A stretch of DNA of 64,000 nucleotides from Selaginella moellendorffii (taxonomy: Eukaryota; Plantae; Lycopodiophyta). Under the pieces are notes generated by a model that saw nothing but the letters and a program-made list of their open reading frames with translations, did no database searches and was not told where the DNA came from. A program made the position numbers and the translations under genes. The stretch is from assembly GCF_000143415.4 (NCBI RefSeq), contig NW_003314302.1:451182-515181 (forward strand), in the 5' to 3' direction. Positions 12,562 to 23,980 of this stretch are shown piece by piece. The stretch's first letter is position 1; each line of letters opens with the position of its first letter.

Positions 12562-15540
12562 ATGGCGAACGTATCCACGGCGAATGCTGGATCTACTTGT
12601 TGCCAATCAGCAGCCCCCAGGTTGGAGCAGGGATCATCTCTTCGGGGGGAAGTCGCGTCTGGGATTTCTTCCTGGGCTACTGCCGAGGAAGCCAGCATCG
12701 CCTTGAGTGCTCCAGAGAGCTACGCTTCTGTCGAGACTGTCAGCGAGCCTGTGAGCACCATCAAAGGTACCAAGAACACTTCTCGTGAAAGTCATTCTAG
12801 ATAATTCGAGCTCATAATTGTTGTGTCGTGTTGGTGCAGCTCCTGCGGTGTTGCTTCTCAAGGCACAGCAGAGCCATCCTCTGGATCCGCTCAGTCCGGC
12901 TGAAATTAAAGTCGCCACCGAGACTGTGAGAGGTGCTGGAAAATCTGCTGAAGTGAGTGGCTCCTTTGTTTGCTTTGCTAGTAGTAGTGGTAAACTTTCT
13001 TCGTTGCAGATTCGTGATGCTATGAGATTTGTTGAGGTGGTTTTGAATGAACCCGAAAAAGATGTGGTCGCGCTGGCTGACGCACACTTTTTTCCTCCTT
13101 ATCACCCGGCTCAAGGCTTGCGTACAACTGCGAAGGGATTGCCCCTGATTCCTTTCCAGCTTCCTCCTAGACAAGCAAAACTTACAGTCTACAATGTCGC
13201 CAGCAACGAGACGAGCATCTGGATTGTGGAGCTGACGGAAGTTCATGCTTTGACTCGAGGTGGACATCGCAAAGGGAAAGTTATCTCGTGTGAAACATTG
13301 ACCGATGTTCAGCCGGCTTTTGTAAGAGTTTGCATTTTTGGAATTTTTTATCACTGGCTTTCTTTGCTCAGGACGCCGAAGAGTATGCTCTGTGCGAGGC
13401 AGCCATCAAGGCGTTCAAGCCGTTTGTGGAAGCCGTGAAAAAGAGAGGTATAGAAAACATGGATCTGGTTATGGTTGACCCATGGTATGTATCTTTATGG
13501 AGAGTTTGACAATGTAATAAACGTGATTCATTGTAGGTGTGTCGGGTACTTTGGCGAACGGGATGCTCCAAGCAAAAGGCTTGCAAAGCCACTGATATTT
13601 TGCAGAACCGAGAGCGACTGTCCGATAGAGAATGGGTATGCGCGACCGCTCGAAGGCATACACATTCTTGTGGACCTCCAACACATGAGAATTCTCGAGT
13701 TTGAGGACCTCGAGTTCGTTCCTTTGCCTCCGCCGGATCCGCTGAGGAACTACACGCCGTCACATATTCGAGGGGGGCTCAGAAGTGACTTGAAGCCGCT
13801 AAAGATCATGCAACCAGATGGTCCGAGCTTTCGTGTTGATGGATACCACGTTGAGTGGCAGAAGGTATGTGTGAAACTTATCTTATTCCACTGTGACAGT
13901 CTTTGTTTATTGTGCTTTTGGCGTGCAGTGGAACTTTCGCATTGGATTTACTCCGCGAGAAGGACTTGTGATTCATACAGTTGCTTATGATGATGGAAGC
14001 AGAGGAAGGAGGTCCGTCGCGTATCGGCTGAGCTTTGTGGAGATGGTTGTTCCGTATGGAGATCCATTAGAGCCGCACTACAGAAAAAATGCATTTGACG
14101 CAGGGGAAGACGGGCTTGGAAAGAACGCGCACTCACTCAAGCTGGTAAACTTATTATTTGTTTTCTCAGAATCGTATCAAGTTTGATGTTACGTAAAAGG
14201 GCTGCGATTGCTTGGGACATATCAAGTACTTCGATGCGTTTTTGACAAACTACCGGGGCAGCGTGGAGAAGATTGAGAATGCGATCTGTATGCACGAAGA
14301 AGACCATGGGATTCTTTGGAAGCATCAGGACTGGCGCTCGGGACTCTCTGAAGTTCGACGATCGAGAAGGCTAACTGTGTCCTTCCTTTGCACAGTTGCA
14401 AACTACGAATATGGCTTCTACTGGCATTTCTACCAGGTAAGAACTTGTTAATGGAGTGACGGCTTGTTACTCCGTGCTAGTACAGGATGGAAAAATAGAG
14501 GCTGAGGTGAAGCTCACGGGGATTCTCAGCCTGGGAGCACTTCGTGCTGGAGAAATCAGGAAATACGGGACTGTTATAGCTCCTGGTTTATATGCTCCAG
14601 TTCACCAGCACTTTTTCGTGGCCAGAATGAATATGGCTGTCGACTGCGTCCCTGGAGAACAAGCAAACCAGGTTCTTCATTCATTATCCATCGCTTGTTG
14701 GTTTTTCACCCGCGATTGTTTGCAGGTTGTGGAAGTTAACGTTCTCTCGGAGAAAGCAGGCTCGGACAATCCTCACAATAACTCGTTTTACCCGACCGAG
14801 ACTGTGCTAAAGTCTGAGTTACAGGCTCAGCGAGACTGCAACCCTCTCTCCGCTCGCCATTGGATTGTAAGTTTTTCCTGCTTCATCTGGAGAACTAAGT
14901 GCTAGTTTGATTCTCATTTTCCAAGGTCCGGAACACCCGAAGTTTCAATAGAATGGGCCAGCTGACGGGCTACAAGCTTGTTCCAGGCTCGAATTGCCTA
15001 CCCCTCGTAGGCGAGAACGCCATGATGCTCCGACGAGCAAAGTTTCTCCACCACAACCTGTGGGTGACCAGCTACAGCCCCGACGAGCGATATCCCGGCG
15101 GAGACTTCCCAAACCAGAATCCTCGAGTTGGAGAGGGACTGCCTACATGGACGAAGCGCGATAAAAACCTGGAACAGGCCGATATAGTGCTATGGTCAGT
15201 GACTCACTTTGGTTTGATACGATCTTTCATGGTTTTCTCGTGGATTTCCAGGTACACTTTCGGCGTGATCCACGTACCAAGGCTGGAAGACTGGCCTGTG
15301 ATGCCTGTGGAACACCTTGGATTCTCGCTCGCGGTAAGAAAACCAACTTCTTTGATTAAAACATTCCATTGACAATGTGCTTTGCTTGTTTATTTTTTCA
15401 TCTAGCCTGTGGGATTCTTCAATTGTAGCCCAGCAATCGATGTTCCCCCAAGTGAGCATCAAGCCAATGCTGCCAAAGAGGATGTTGCTGCTGTTGTGAA
15501 ACCCGCTGCTACAACAAGTATGGTAATCTCGAAGCTGTGA
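12562..15540 (+). CDS. CuAO: Peroxisomal copper amine oxidase (primary amine oxidase), multi-exon
   Basis: HPLDPLS N-terminal motif, TPQ consensus [11 protein letters not shown], Cu ligands HQH and HVPR, C-terminal PTS1 SKL*. GT-AG introns. The start ATG is inferred. Confidence 0.93.
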
Positions 15541-15785
15541 ATGAAAGTAGCTGTGTTCTATAAGCTTTTAAATCAAAAGATTGCGCGAAGGTTAGTTTTA
15601 CAACAGAGGCAAAAAGAAAATTTCTCACTACTCTTGGAGCTCAACCTTTCTGGAAATCTGAAACTTTCTGACTGCTCTAGGAGCTCAACCTTCCTGGAAA
15701 TCTGGAAACAAACCACAGAGAAAAGTGTCAGAGAACTTCTAAAACAAAATGAGACAACGCACCTGGATCGCCTTGCCAAGATCTC

Positions 15786-16826
15786 TCACGGCTCAATCTC
15801 GCCAAGATAGATTTGCTTGTCGCTGCTACACGAGCCGATGATCGGCTGCGTCGGGTGGAACACGGACTCGTTCACAGACCCCGTGTGTCCCGGAAGCTTG
15901 TACAAGATCCGGCGGCTGGACGTATCCCAGATGTAGACCATACGGTCCCCGCTCCCGGCCGTCACCCTGTTCCCATCCGGCGACCAGCTACACTTGAGCA
16001 GATTCTGCTCCACCGTGTGGACGTGCCCAGTGAACGTCTTCACGCACCGGTTCTGTGGAGCGTAGGGACGAAGATCCCAGATCTTCAGCGTCGAGTCCAT
16101 CGAGTTCGTGAGCAAGAACGATCCATCCGGGCTGAGCTCCATCCCTGTGATCGTATCAAGGTGCCCCTGGAGATGCATCACCACCTCGTTCTTGCGAAGA
16201 TCCCAGACTTTCACTTCGTTGTCGATCCCTCCGGAGAAAACCTTGTCCGCCGCCTCGGAGAAGCCCACTGCCGTGACTTGGTACTTGTCCGGGAGCGTCT
16301 GGATGCAGCCCCGGCGGCGGAGGTCCCAGAGCTTGGCGGTGCCATCGTCGGAGCCGCTGACGAGCAAAGGCGGGCCTTTCTTCACCGGGCAGCACGCATT
16401 GACGAAGGAGGAGTGCTCGGCCATCTTCTTGATCTGGCGCCCGGTGTCCGCGTCCCAGGCCCTCACCGTCTTGTCCGGGCTCGCGGACACGATCTGGCCG
16501 CCGTCGAGCATCCAATGCACGTCTAGCACGCCGTTGCGGTGGCCCTTGAGCACCATGAAATTCTCGCAGGGGCCGGTGACGCGCCACAGGAAAATATCCT
16601 TGTCGAAGCTCCCCGACGCGATCACGTCGCCGCGCGGGTGGAATTTCATGGTGTAGATCGCCCCGGCGTGGCCGCTGAGCAGCATCGTCGGCGATTCGAG
16701 GCTGGAAGTGCGGCGGACGCCATTGAAGTGCCGGATCTGCTTGCCGTCGCTGCCGCTTACCTCCTCTAGCTCTGTTCTAGCGCGCTTGGCGGGGACAATG
16801 GCGGCATCTTCCTCCGGGCGCTTCAT
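15786..16826 (-). CDS. SNRNP40: U5 snRNP 40 kDa WD40 protein, intronless
   Basis: RTSSLESPTMLLSGH start, WD40 repeats, WDLRPYAPQNRC and SDKQIYLGEI end. First ATG at 16826. Confidence 0.9.
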   Translation of the reverse strand: MKRPEEDAAIVPAKRARTELEEVSGSDGKQIRHFNGVRRTSSLESPTMLLSGHAGAIYTMKFHPRGDVIASGSFDKDIFLWRVTGPCENFMVLKGHRNGVLDVHWMLDGGQIVSASPDKTVRAWDADTGRQIKKMAEHSSFVNACCPVKKGPPLLVSGSDDGTAKLWDLRRRGCIQTLPDKYQVTAVGFSEAADKVFSGGIDNEVKVWDLRKNEVVMHLQGHLDTITGMELSPDGSFLLTNSMDSTLKIWDLRPYAPQNRCVKTFTGHVHTVEQNLLKCSWSPDGNRVTAGSGDRMVYIWDTSSRRILYKLPGHTGSVNESVFHPTQPIIGSCSSDKQIYLGEIEP

Positions 16827-16869
16827 CCCCGAGCTGCCCAAAATCCCTAGCGCGAAGAGCCCTAAAAAA

Positions 16870-17020
16870 TAACGAAAAACCCTAAAATCTTTACCGGTTT
16901 GATAATAGCTTTAAAAACGGTTCCACTTTTTCCCATTTCACTGCGAAGTCTATACGTGTTGACACGTGGCGACGCCTGGCCGTCGGATGTGGCATCACAT
17001 CGTATGTCTGACACGTAGAC
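16870..17020. promoter_or_regulatory. Divergent promoter region with telo-box and G-box/ACGT elements
   Basis: AAACCCTAA at about 16878 and CACGTG at about 16963, between the head-to-head WD40 and transporter genes. Confidence 0.5.
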
Positions 17021-17261
17021 GCATCCAACGGAGGAGATTTGTTCGTTCGATTGGAGCTTCTTAAGCTCCAATGCCATCGGTTTTCTTGTGTGATCGAGGC
17101 GGCAATCCCTTGGGGCGCGCGGCATCGATGCGGGTGGAGCGATGGCGGCATCGCGGTGAGGAATTTGGCGCCGCGATCGAGATCTCATGGTATAGGTTTT
17201 GTCGGTTCCCAGCTCTAATCTTCTCACGAGCGGAATTCCATGCGCCGGCGATCCAGACAAG

Positions 17262-19451
17262 ATGGTGAGATCCTTCTCGCTGTACAAGCGGCCGTCGCGA
17301 GAGCTTCCTTCGATGGATGGAATCGTTGCAACGAATGCAGGTCAGAGAATTTGCTTTCCCAAGATTTGCGCGCGCTTGAGAGATTTTCGGCATGGTTTTG
17401 ATCCAGATCAAGAGCAGGCAAACCAGCCAGTTCCATGGCATTTGTCGCTGCCACACATCTGCGTTGCGCTCATCATCTCGGCCTTGTTTGGCTATCACAT
17501 TGGGTAGGGAAAGCTTTCTTCTTTCTTGACTCTCTTTTCATTTATCTTCTCCGTGGCTTCTCATCCCAGGGTCGTGAACATCCCTCTACCTTACATTTCC
17601 AGAGATCTTGGCTTTGGTGAAAACTCTCTCGCTCAAGGTGTGTAGTAGTGGTTCTTTCTTCTTTGTATTGTAGCTAGCTAGAATTTTTTATGTTAGAACG
17701 AGTACTTGTGTGCAAAGTTGTCTCAGTTGGAATGCCTGGAGCTCGCAGGCTTTGTTGTGAGTGTATGCTTGATAGGCGCTTTTGCTGGATGTGCAATCAG
17801 CGGCACTGTGGCGGATCGTCTTGGGCGCCGGAGAGCTTTTCAACTGTGCGCTATTCCCATGGTGCTCGGTCCAATTCTCAGGTACGTGAAAGAAAGCTCG
17901 CGAATTTTTCATATAGCTTTGTGAACTTTACAGTGCAAAGGCATGGAATCTCGCGTCTATGCTTGTTGGTCGGCTGCTCGTTGGATGCGGTCTAGGCATT
18001 GGTGCTCCAGTTCTCGCGCTCTATGTCTCGGAGGTAAGCTTGTTTGCCAGGCCGACTATGAGTGACGTTTGCTTGTTTTGCTCAGGTTTCGCCAACTCAA
18101 GTCCGAGGGTCTTTTGGAAGCTTTCCTCAGACTGCTACATGTATTGGTCTCCTAGCAGCTCTTATAGTTGGTCTTCCCATAAGCTCCACCCCGGACTGGT
18201 AACAAGCTTTAGCCGAATTTGTTTTGTTAAACCAGCTCGCTTCTTTCTTTCAGGTGGAGAGCGTGCTTCTGGATTTCTACGCTTCCTGCTGCCTTACTGC
18301 TACTAGGAATGGAGTTCTGTGCCGAAAGCCCGAGGTGGCTGTTTAAGGTGAGTTTACTCGATTCTTCCTTGTCTATTCTCTACCAACTAAACCTCTCCAG
18401 AATTCTCGCTGGTATGAAGCAGAGCACGAACTTGAACGGCTGTGGGGAGCAGCTCACGCTAAGGCAGCAATGTCGGATCTTGTCCAGAGCGAACAATCAG
18501 ATGATTTAGAGATGATTGCTCCGTGGAAAGAGTTGCTGGATAGGCGTTACGTGAGAGGTACATGACTTTTTGTTTGCATGACAATGGTTCACGACCATGT
18601 TTGAACTTCAGCTGTTTTGCTGGGAGGAGGATTGTTTGCTTTGCAGCAGTTCTCTGGTATCAACGCCATTTTCTACTTTTCTTCGACCGTGCTGAAGAGT
18701 GCTGGAGTCTCTTCGGATCTGGCTGCCACGGTCTCCGTTGGAGCAGTCAATCTAGTTGGTATGGTTTTCACTTTCTAGTAGCAGAAAACTGACTTTGATA
18801 TTTCATCTTCAGGGTCCTTTGTAGCAGCAGGTTTGATGGACAGGCTAGGACGCCGCAAACTCATGATGTGGAGCTTCACTGGAATGGTCTGGGCTCACTT
18901 TTTTCGTGTCAGTATTGACTAAGGCTTTGTTTTTCTTTCTCAGGCTGTCTCGATGGCAATGCAAGCAGCAGTAGCAGCTTTTGGTTTCTTAAAACCAATT
19001 CGTGCTACGACGACTTTGATAGGAACTCTCTTGTAAGCGCACTCATCACTTTGGTTTTTACGTGACACTGACTTGTGAATCGAATCCATGTAGCTATGTT
19101 TTCTCCTTCGCTTCTGGAGCTGGGCCAGTTCCAGCGCTGCTACTACCGGAGATCATTCCCATTCGCATAAGAGGCAAAGCAATGGCTTTCGCGATGTGCG
19201 TTCACTGGGTAAGCACAAAGCGTGTGTGATCTTCTTTAGCTTACGTCTGTCATGGTGTGTGATTCCAGGTAGCGCATTTTCTCGTGGGATTGCTCTTTCT
19301 CCCGCTGATCAACGCTACTGGAGCATCGGTTCTCTACACGTTCTTCTCCCTGGTTTGCTTCTTCGCGGCGATTTTCGTGAAGAGAAACGTCGTGGAGACG
19401 AAAGGACGCTCGCTAGAGGACCTCGAGATGCTGCTCGTTGCCGGGCACTAA
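17262..19451 (+). CDS. Plastidic glucose transporter-like MFS sugar porter, multi-exon
   Basis: SLYKRPSRE...LPHICVA..LFGYHIGVVN, ADRLGRRRAFQ, ESPRWL, QQFSGINAIFYFS and ETKGRSLE sugar-porter motifs. Confidence 0.9.
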
Positions 19452-19633
19452 GACGTGATTAGATTAGTGATAAACAAATCTTGTTTAGATGCTAAGCATG
19501 GCACCGAACGCTTGCTACTATTTCAAGGAAGCTCCACGAGGCAGTTTTTTGAAAGACACGGGCTAGGGTTTTTTATTTCGCTCGGCGATTGATAGCGCGC
19601 GCGAGAGAGCGAGCGAGGCGAGAGATTTCTTCC

Positions 19634-20213
19634 ATGGCGGTGTCGGATGGATCGAAGCTCCGGTCGGCCGAGCTCATGGATCAAATGGCGAAGCATTTGG
19701 AGACGGGAGCCGGCGAGGAGCTCAAGAAGAAGATTGGATTGGTCTATCAGATCAATGTGTCGCCCAAGGTGAGTGATCGATTGCGATTTTAGTGCTCCAT
19801 TGACGATCGTCGCTCTCGATTTCTTGATTCGAGCGTAGAAAATCGGGATCGACGAGGAGAGCTACGTTGTGGATTTGAAAAATGCGAAGGTTAGCAAAGG
19901 TATGTATGGATTTAGCCTAGCTCTCTTTTTTATTTTTTTTTCAAGAATAGCTACATGGATTTTATCACAGGTCCGTGTAAGGAGAAACCGGACGCTACGT
20001 TTTCGTTTGTGGATGGGGATTTTATGGCTGTGGCTATGGGAAAAATGAATCCTCAAATGGCATTTATCAGGTAAGTTGTCCTCTTAGTTTTTCTTTCGTG
20101 TTCGAACTTTTGTTTCTATTTCATCCCGCAGAGGTAAAATGAAGATCAAGGGAAGTATGAGCGCAGCTCAAAAGTTTACTCCAGAGATATTTCCTAAACC
20201 TTCGAAGCTATGA
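19634..20213 (+). CDS. SCP2: Sterol carrier protein 2 (peroxisomal), 4 exons
   Basis: Spliced product ...KKIGLVYQINVSPKKIGIDEESYVVDLK...PDATFSF...GKMNPQMAFIRGKMKIKGSMSAAQKFTPEIFPKPSKL* (PTS1). Confidence 0.93.
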
Positions 20214-20517
20214 ACTTTAGAACTTGTTCAATAAAACAGCGCCTTTACTCTCGCTTTCGCGAAGAACTGAGTTTGTGAGGCCTTCTACACGGAACTTTGA
20301 AGTAAGTTTTTCTCCCTTTTATCAATCTCTACTTCGCTAACACTTTTCGTTTATACAGATGGAGTTCTTACACGGATTGTGTAAACCTGTACGGTCTGGG
20401 CTAGCTGGTGGAATGAAATATTTTCTGGACGCAACGGTAGGGTTCTAGGGTTCTTTGCAGGGTGAGGTTGTTTCTCTTGCGTTTTTTCCTCGTCGTGTGC
20501 GGTTTTCTCGAGTGACC

Positions 20518-23424
20518 ATGGAGAAGTTCGATGAAGTCGAGAAATGTATCCCACTGCCTGGGTTGTGCGGGCAATTGCGACTGTGGGAGCTCCCCGAGCA
20601 CTTCGTCTTCCAGCCACTCGATGGACGTCCATTGCTGTCGATAAACCGGTTGACGGGAACGCCGTCTCTGATTAGTAAGGGACTTTGGAACTTTCCTTGT
20701 TCAAGCTGACGTCTTTTTTAATTTTAATTTTCAGATGAGATACCTCTTTCGACAAATCAGACATCTGTGCAAACTATGATAGTCTATGGTGTTGCTGGAG
20801 CTATCAAACTTTTGGCAGGTTTAAATTTTTTTTCTTCTTCTCGTGCGTGCCATGACAACGATTGCAGGGCTCTATATTCTTGTTATAACTGGAAGAGAGT
20901 GCGTTGGACAATATCGAGGCCATCCAGTTTTTAGAGCATCGTCCTTACGATTCCTACACTGTGCCGTCCGTGACGATCTCAGTTTCCAGGAAGTAAGTTT
21001 TACCTCCTTGTTTTGAAGACCATAGGAAACTTATAATATTCAGGAGTAGTGAGCCCTGTTAAAAGGTTTCTCGATTTGCTAGCAGAAGAAGGATGAGTAT
21101 CAGTATTTGCGTCTTCTAAAAATTGCCGAGACCACGCCGGGCCTCTACTTCTCTTATGAAGTCGATCTAACACGGAAGTAAGCTATTTTTCTTTGACGTA
21201 GAGAACATAACGTAGTACACAACGCTACGCAGTATTCAGATATCTCATGATCCATCAAAAGTGCAAAGAAGCCAGTCGCTCTGGCAGCAGGTGCTTATCT
21301 ATGTATTTATGGAAATTTATACTGACATTTTTCTACTCTGTAGGCTGATCCAAAATTTCTGTGGAACCGCGAAATGCTGAAGTTTCTGACGGAGGCCAAT
21401 GTAAGAGCAATTTCCTCTATTTCCCCGCGATGCTTACTCACAGTTTGTCTTAATGCAGTTAGAATCCTACAGTTTACCATTGATACAAGGGAATATCCTT
21501 TGAGACTGAGACAAGTACATATTGCATGACATTGTTCCTTGACGATAAACCACGCTTTCAGTCTAAACGGATCCTGGTGAACGATAGATTTATTACTCTT
21601 TCTCTGGTTTCAAGGCGAGCTGTAGATCGCATTGGTGAGTTATTCATTACTTTTGTCCTTTTACTGATAAATGAGCGTCAGGCACTCGGATGTGGAGACG
21701 AGGCGCCGACCTTCAAGGGAATGTTGCAAATTTTGTTGAAACCGAGCAAATGCTAGAACTAGATGGCTATCAAGCCTCCTACGTACTGGTATACGATATT
21801 TTATTGTTCACGTGTTTTTTTTTTCTCACTCGGGATTTTTTTTGCAGGTCAGGGGCTCAATCCCTGTACTCTGGGAACAAATCGTGGATCTTACTTACAA
21901 ACCTGTACTTAGCACTGTCTATCCATCCCAAACGGTACAGCTAAAACTTTGATAAACTTATTCGCTTTGGTGCCTCAGCCTAAGGTGGTCGAGCGACACT
22001 TTCAAGATCTTTGTGAGAAGTACGGATCTGTTTTGGCTGTTGATCTTATTAATCAGGTAACTAGTCGATCCTTCGCACGAAGCAACTCCCTGATTTCATC
22101 TTCGTCCATTGTAGCAAGGATTGGAAGGAGTACTGAGCGTGGCATACAAAAATGCAATGATCAAACTGGAAAACGAGAAATTGAAGTATGTATATTTCCG
22201 CAGGATATATGTTCAGATGATTCAGCTGAAACTTTCAGATATGTACCGTTTGACTTCCATCGTGTCTGCGGTCAAATCCACTTCGATAAACTGTCTACTC
22301 TTCATGATCAAATCGCAGAACAACTGATGCAGCAAGGGTGAAAAAACAATTATTGCTCATACCATTTCAAATATAAGAATGTTTTTGTCCAGGTTTTATC
22401 TCGTTAATAGTGAACGTAAAGTTGTGCAAGCCCAGAATGGAGTTGTGAGGACAAATTGTATCGACTGTTTGGATCGTGTGAACGTAACACAGGCAAGTTC
22501 TTAATGTTCCGATCAAGCTCAAGTAGAAAATGTGGTCTTCTATCGTTTCAGAGCTTGATAGCAAGAAGAGCGTTGGAAGCGCAGCTGCAAAAGATCGGGT
22601 TTTTCAAGCTGCAAGAAAAAATCGAGCATCATCCTTGTCTTGAGAAGCACTTCAACCATTGTAATAATCTTTCCTTTCTTTGTTTCCTCCTTGTCTAATC
22701 CCTTTCACGTGAAACAGTATGGGCCGATCACGGTGATGAAATCAGCATTCAGTACACGGGAACACCAGCTCTAAAAGGAGACTTTGTCCGGTGAATCGCC
22801 ACTGTGAAAGATTGTTTTCTTTTACTTTCTCGTGTGCTAGATCGCTAACTTTTGGACGCTGGCTTTTGTAGGCACGGAAGGCGGACAATTTCGGGCTTTA
22901 TACAAGACGGAATCAGCGCTCTGACCCGCTACTACCTCAACAATTTCAAGGACGGCGCTCGACAGGTACAAAGCCTCAATTTTTTTCCAGCTTCCTTGTT
23001 GCTTCCTTTTTTCCAGGACGCTATGGACCTTGTCGCTGGACACTATGTTGTTACGCGTGGAAAGCCGTCTCCTTTCCCCTTTGGGCTGCACGAAGCGATC
23101 ACAGTTAAGGACCACTGTTTTACTTGTTCGTCTTGTTCTGAGAGTTTCGCGTCGCTTTTGCGCTTGCAGTGCATGCCGCTTGCCACAAGTTTGATACTAC
23201 TGCTTTTCGTGTGCTCGGCTTTATCCCTGAGAAGAGGTAAACGTGCTTCCACTTGTTTGCCGCCGCCTCAGATAGTGTCGATCCGATCTGCAGTGGAGAA
23301 AGATCCAGGCCAGCTCTTCAACGCTGTCGTGTGGGCGACACTCACCGCTAGCATCGTGTCGGCTGTCAGATTAAATGGTCGCCAGTTTTGCTCGAGACCA
23401 CGCCTGTGCAAGCTCATCTCCTAG
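20518..23424 (+). CDS. SAC1-type phosphoinositide phosphatase (SAC6/7/8 subgroup) with two C-terminal TM segments, multi-exon
   Basis: DPKFLWN, GTRMWRRGAD.QGNVANFVETEQ, RGSIP..WEQ, RTNCIDCLDRVNVTQ, WADHGDEISIQYTGTPALKGDFVR, NGRQFCSRPRL. Confidence 0.92.
21493..21553 (+). other. U12-type AT-AC intron
   Basis: 5' site ATATCCTT, branch point TTCCTTGAC (21535-21543), 3' CAC. Removing it restores IQG-S-FQS in frame. Confidence 0.88.
22493..22551 (+). other. GC-AG intron
   Basis: Donor AG/GCAAGT and acceptor TTTCAG. Splicing joins NVTQ to SLIARRAL in frame. Confidence 0.8.
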
Positions 23425-23446
23425 CACGAGCTCTAATAAAAATGGT

Positions 23447-23772
23447 TGGAACTTTAGATAGTGCTCCAGAGGTCAAGAAATCAAAGAAGAAATCAAAGAA
23501 AAATAAAGGATAACTTTCATCCAAAGATTATCTCGTAGAAAAAAAAAATGAATGGCTGGAATTTTAGATAGCGCTCCAGAGCGCAAGAAATGAAAGAAGA
23601 AAAGAAAAAAGAGAACTTTCGCATGTTTTAAATCTTGTGGTGCCCAACTTTCGCAAAAGCTTGTGATGCCCAACTAAGAAGCATCAGGACCTCGAGGAGA
23701 AGAGCAATGCTAGATCTAAAAACCAAAAGAAACAGTTTGGAACTTTAGATAGTGCTCCAGAGCTCAAGAATA
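23447..23772 (+). repeat. Three dispersed copies of a 33-bp motif (GGAAYTTTAGATAGYGCTCCAGAG..CAAGAA)
   Basis: Copies at about 23448, 23558 and 23739, between the SAC and KCS genes. Confidence 0.8.
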
Positions 23773-23891
23773 AATCACAGAAGAAAACCAAAGGACAAGT
23801 TCTCGACTTTCACTTTTGCCACGTCACGTGCCACGCCAGCACCACTATATTTCCGCGAATATGCTCCCCTAGGGCTCTTATTCGCTCGCGA

Positions 23892-23965
23892 AGAGAGAGA
23901 GAGAGAGAGAGGGAGAGAGCGAAGAGAGAGAAAAAGGAAGAAAAGAGGGGGAGAGAAGGGGGAGG
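23892..23965 (+). repeat. GA-rich microsatellite in the KCS leader
   Basis: (GA)n and purine tract just upstream of the ATG. Confidence 0.8.
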
Positions 23966-23980
23966 GACGAGCACCATACC

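Noticed and set aside
15813-16769. Long antisense and off-frame ORFs over the WD40 gene (also over KCS, PPR, APH-like and AAO)
   Set aside because: Expected shadows of GC-rich coding sequence with no recognisable motifs.
23447-23772. CRISPR-like spaced repeats
   Set aside because: Only three copies, irregular low-complexity spacers, eukaryotic context and no cas genes.
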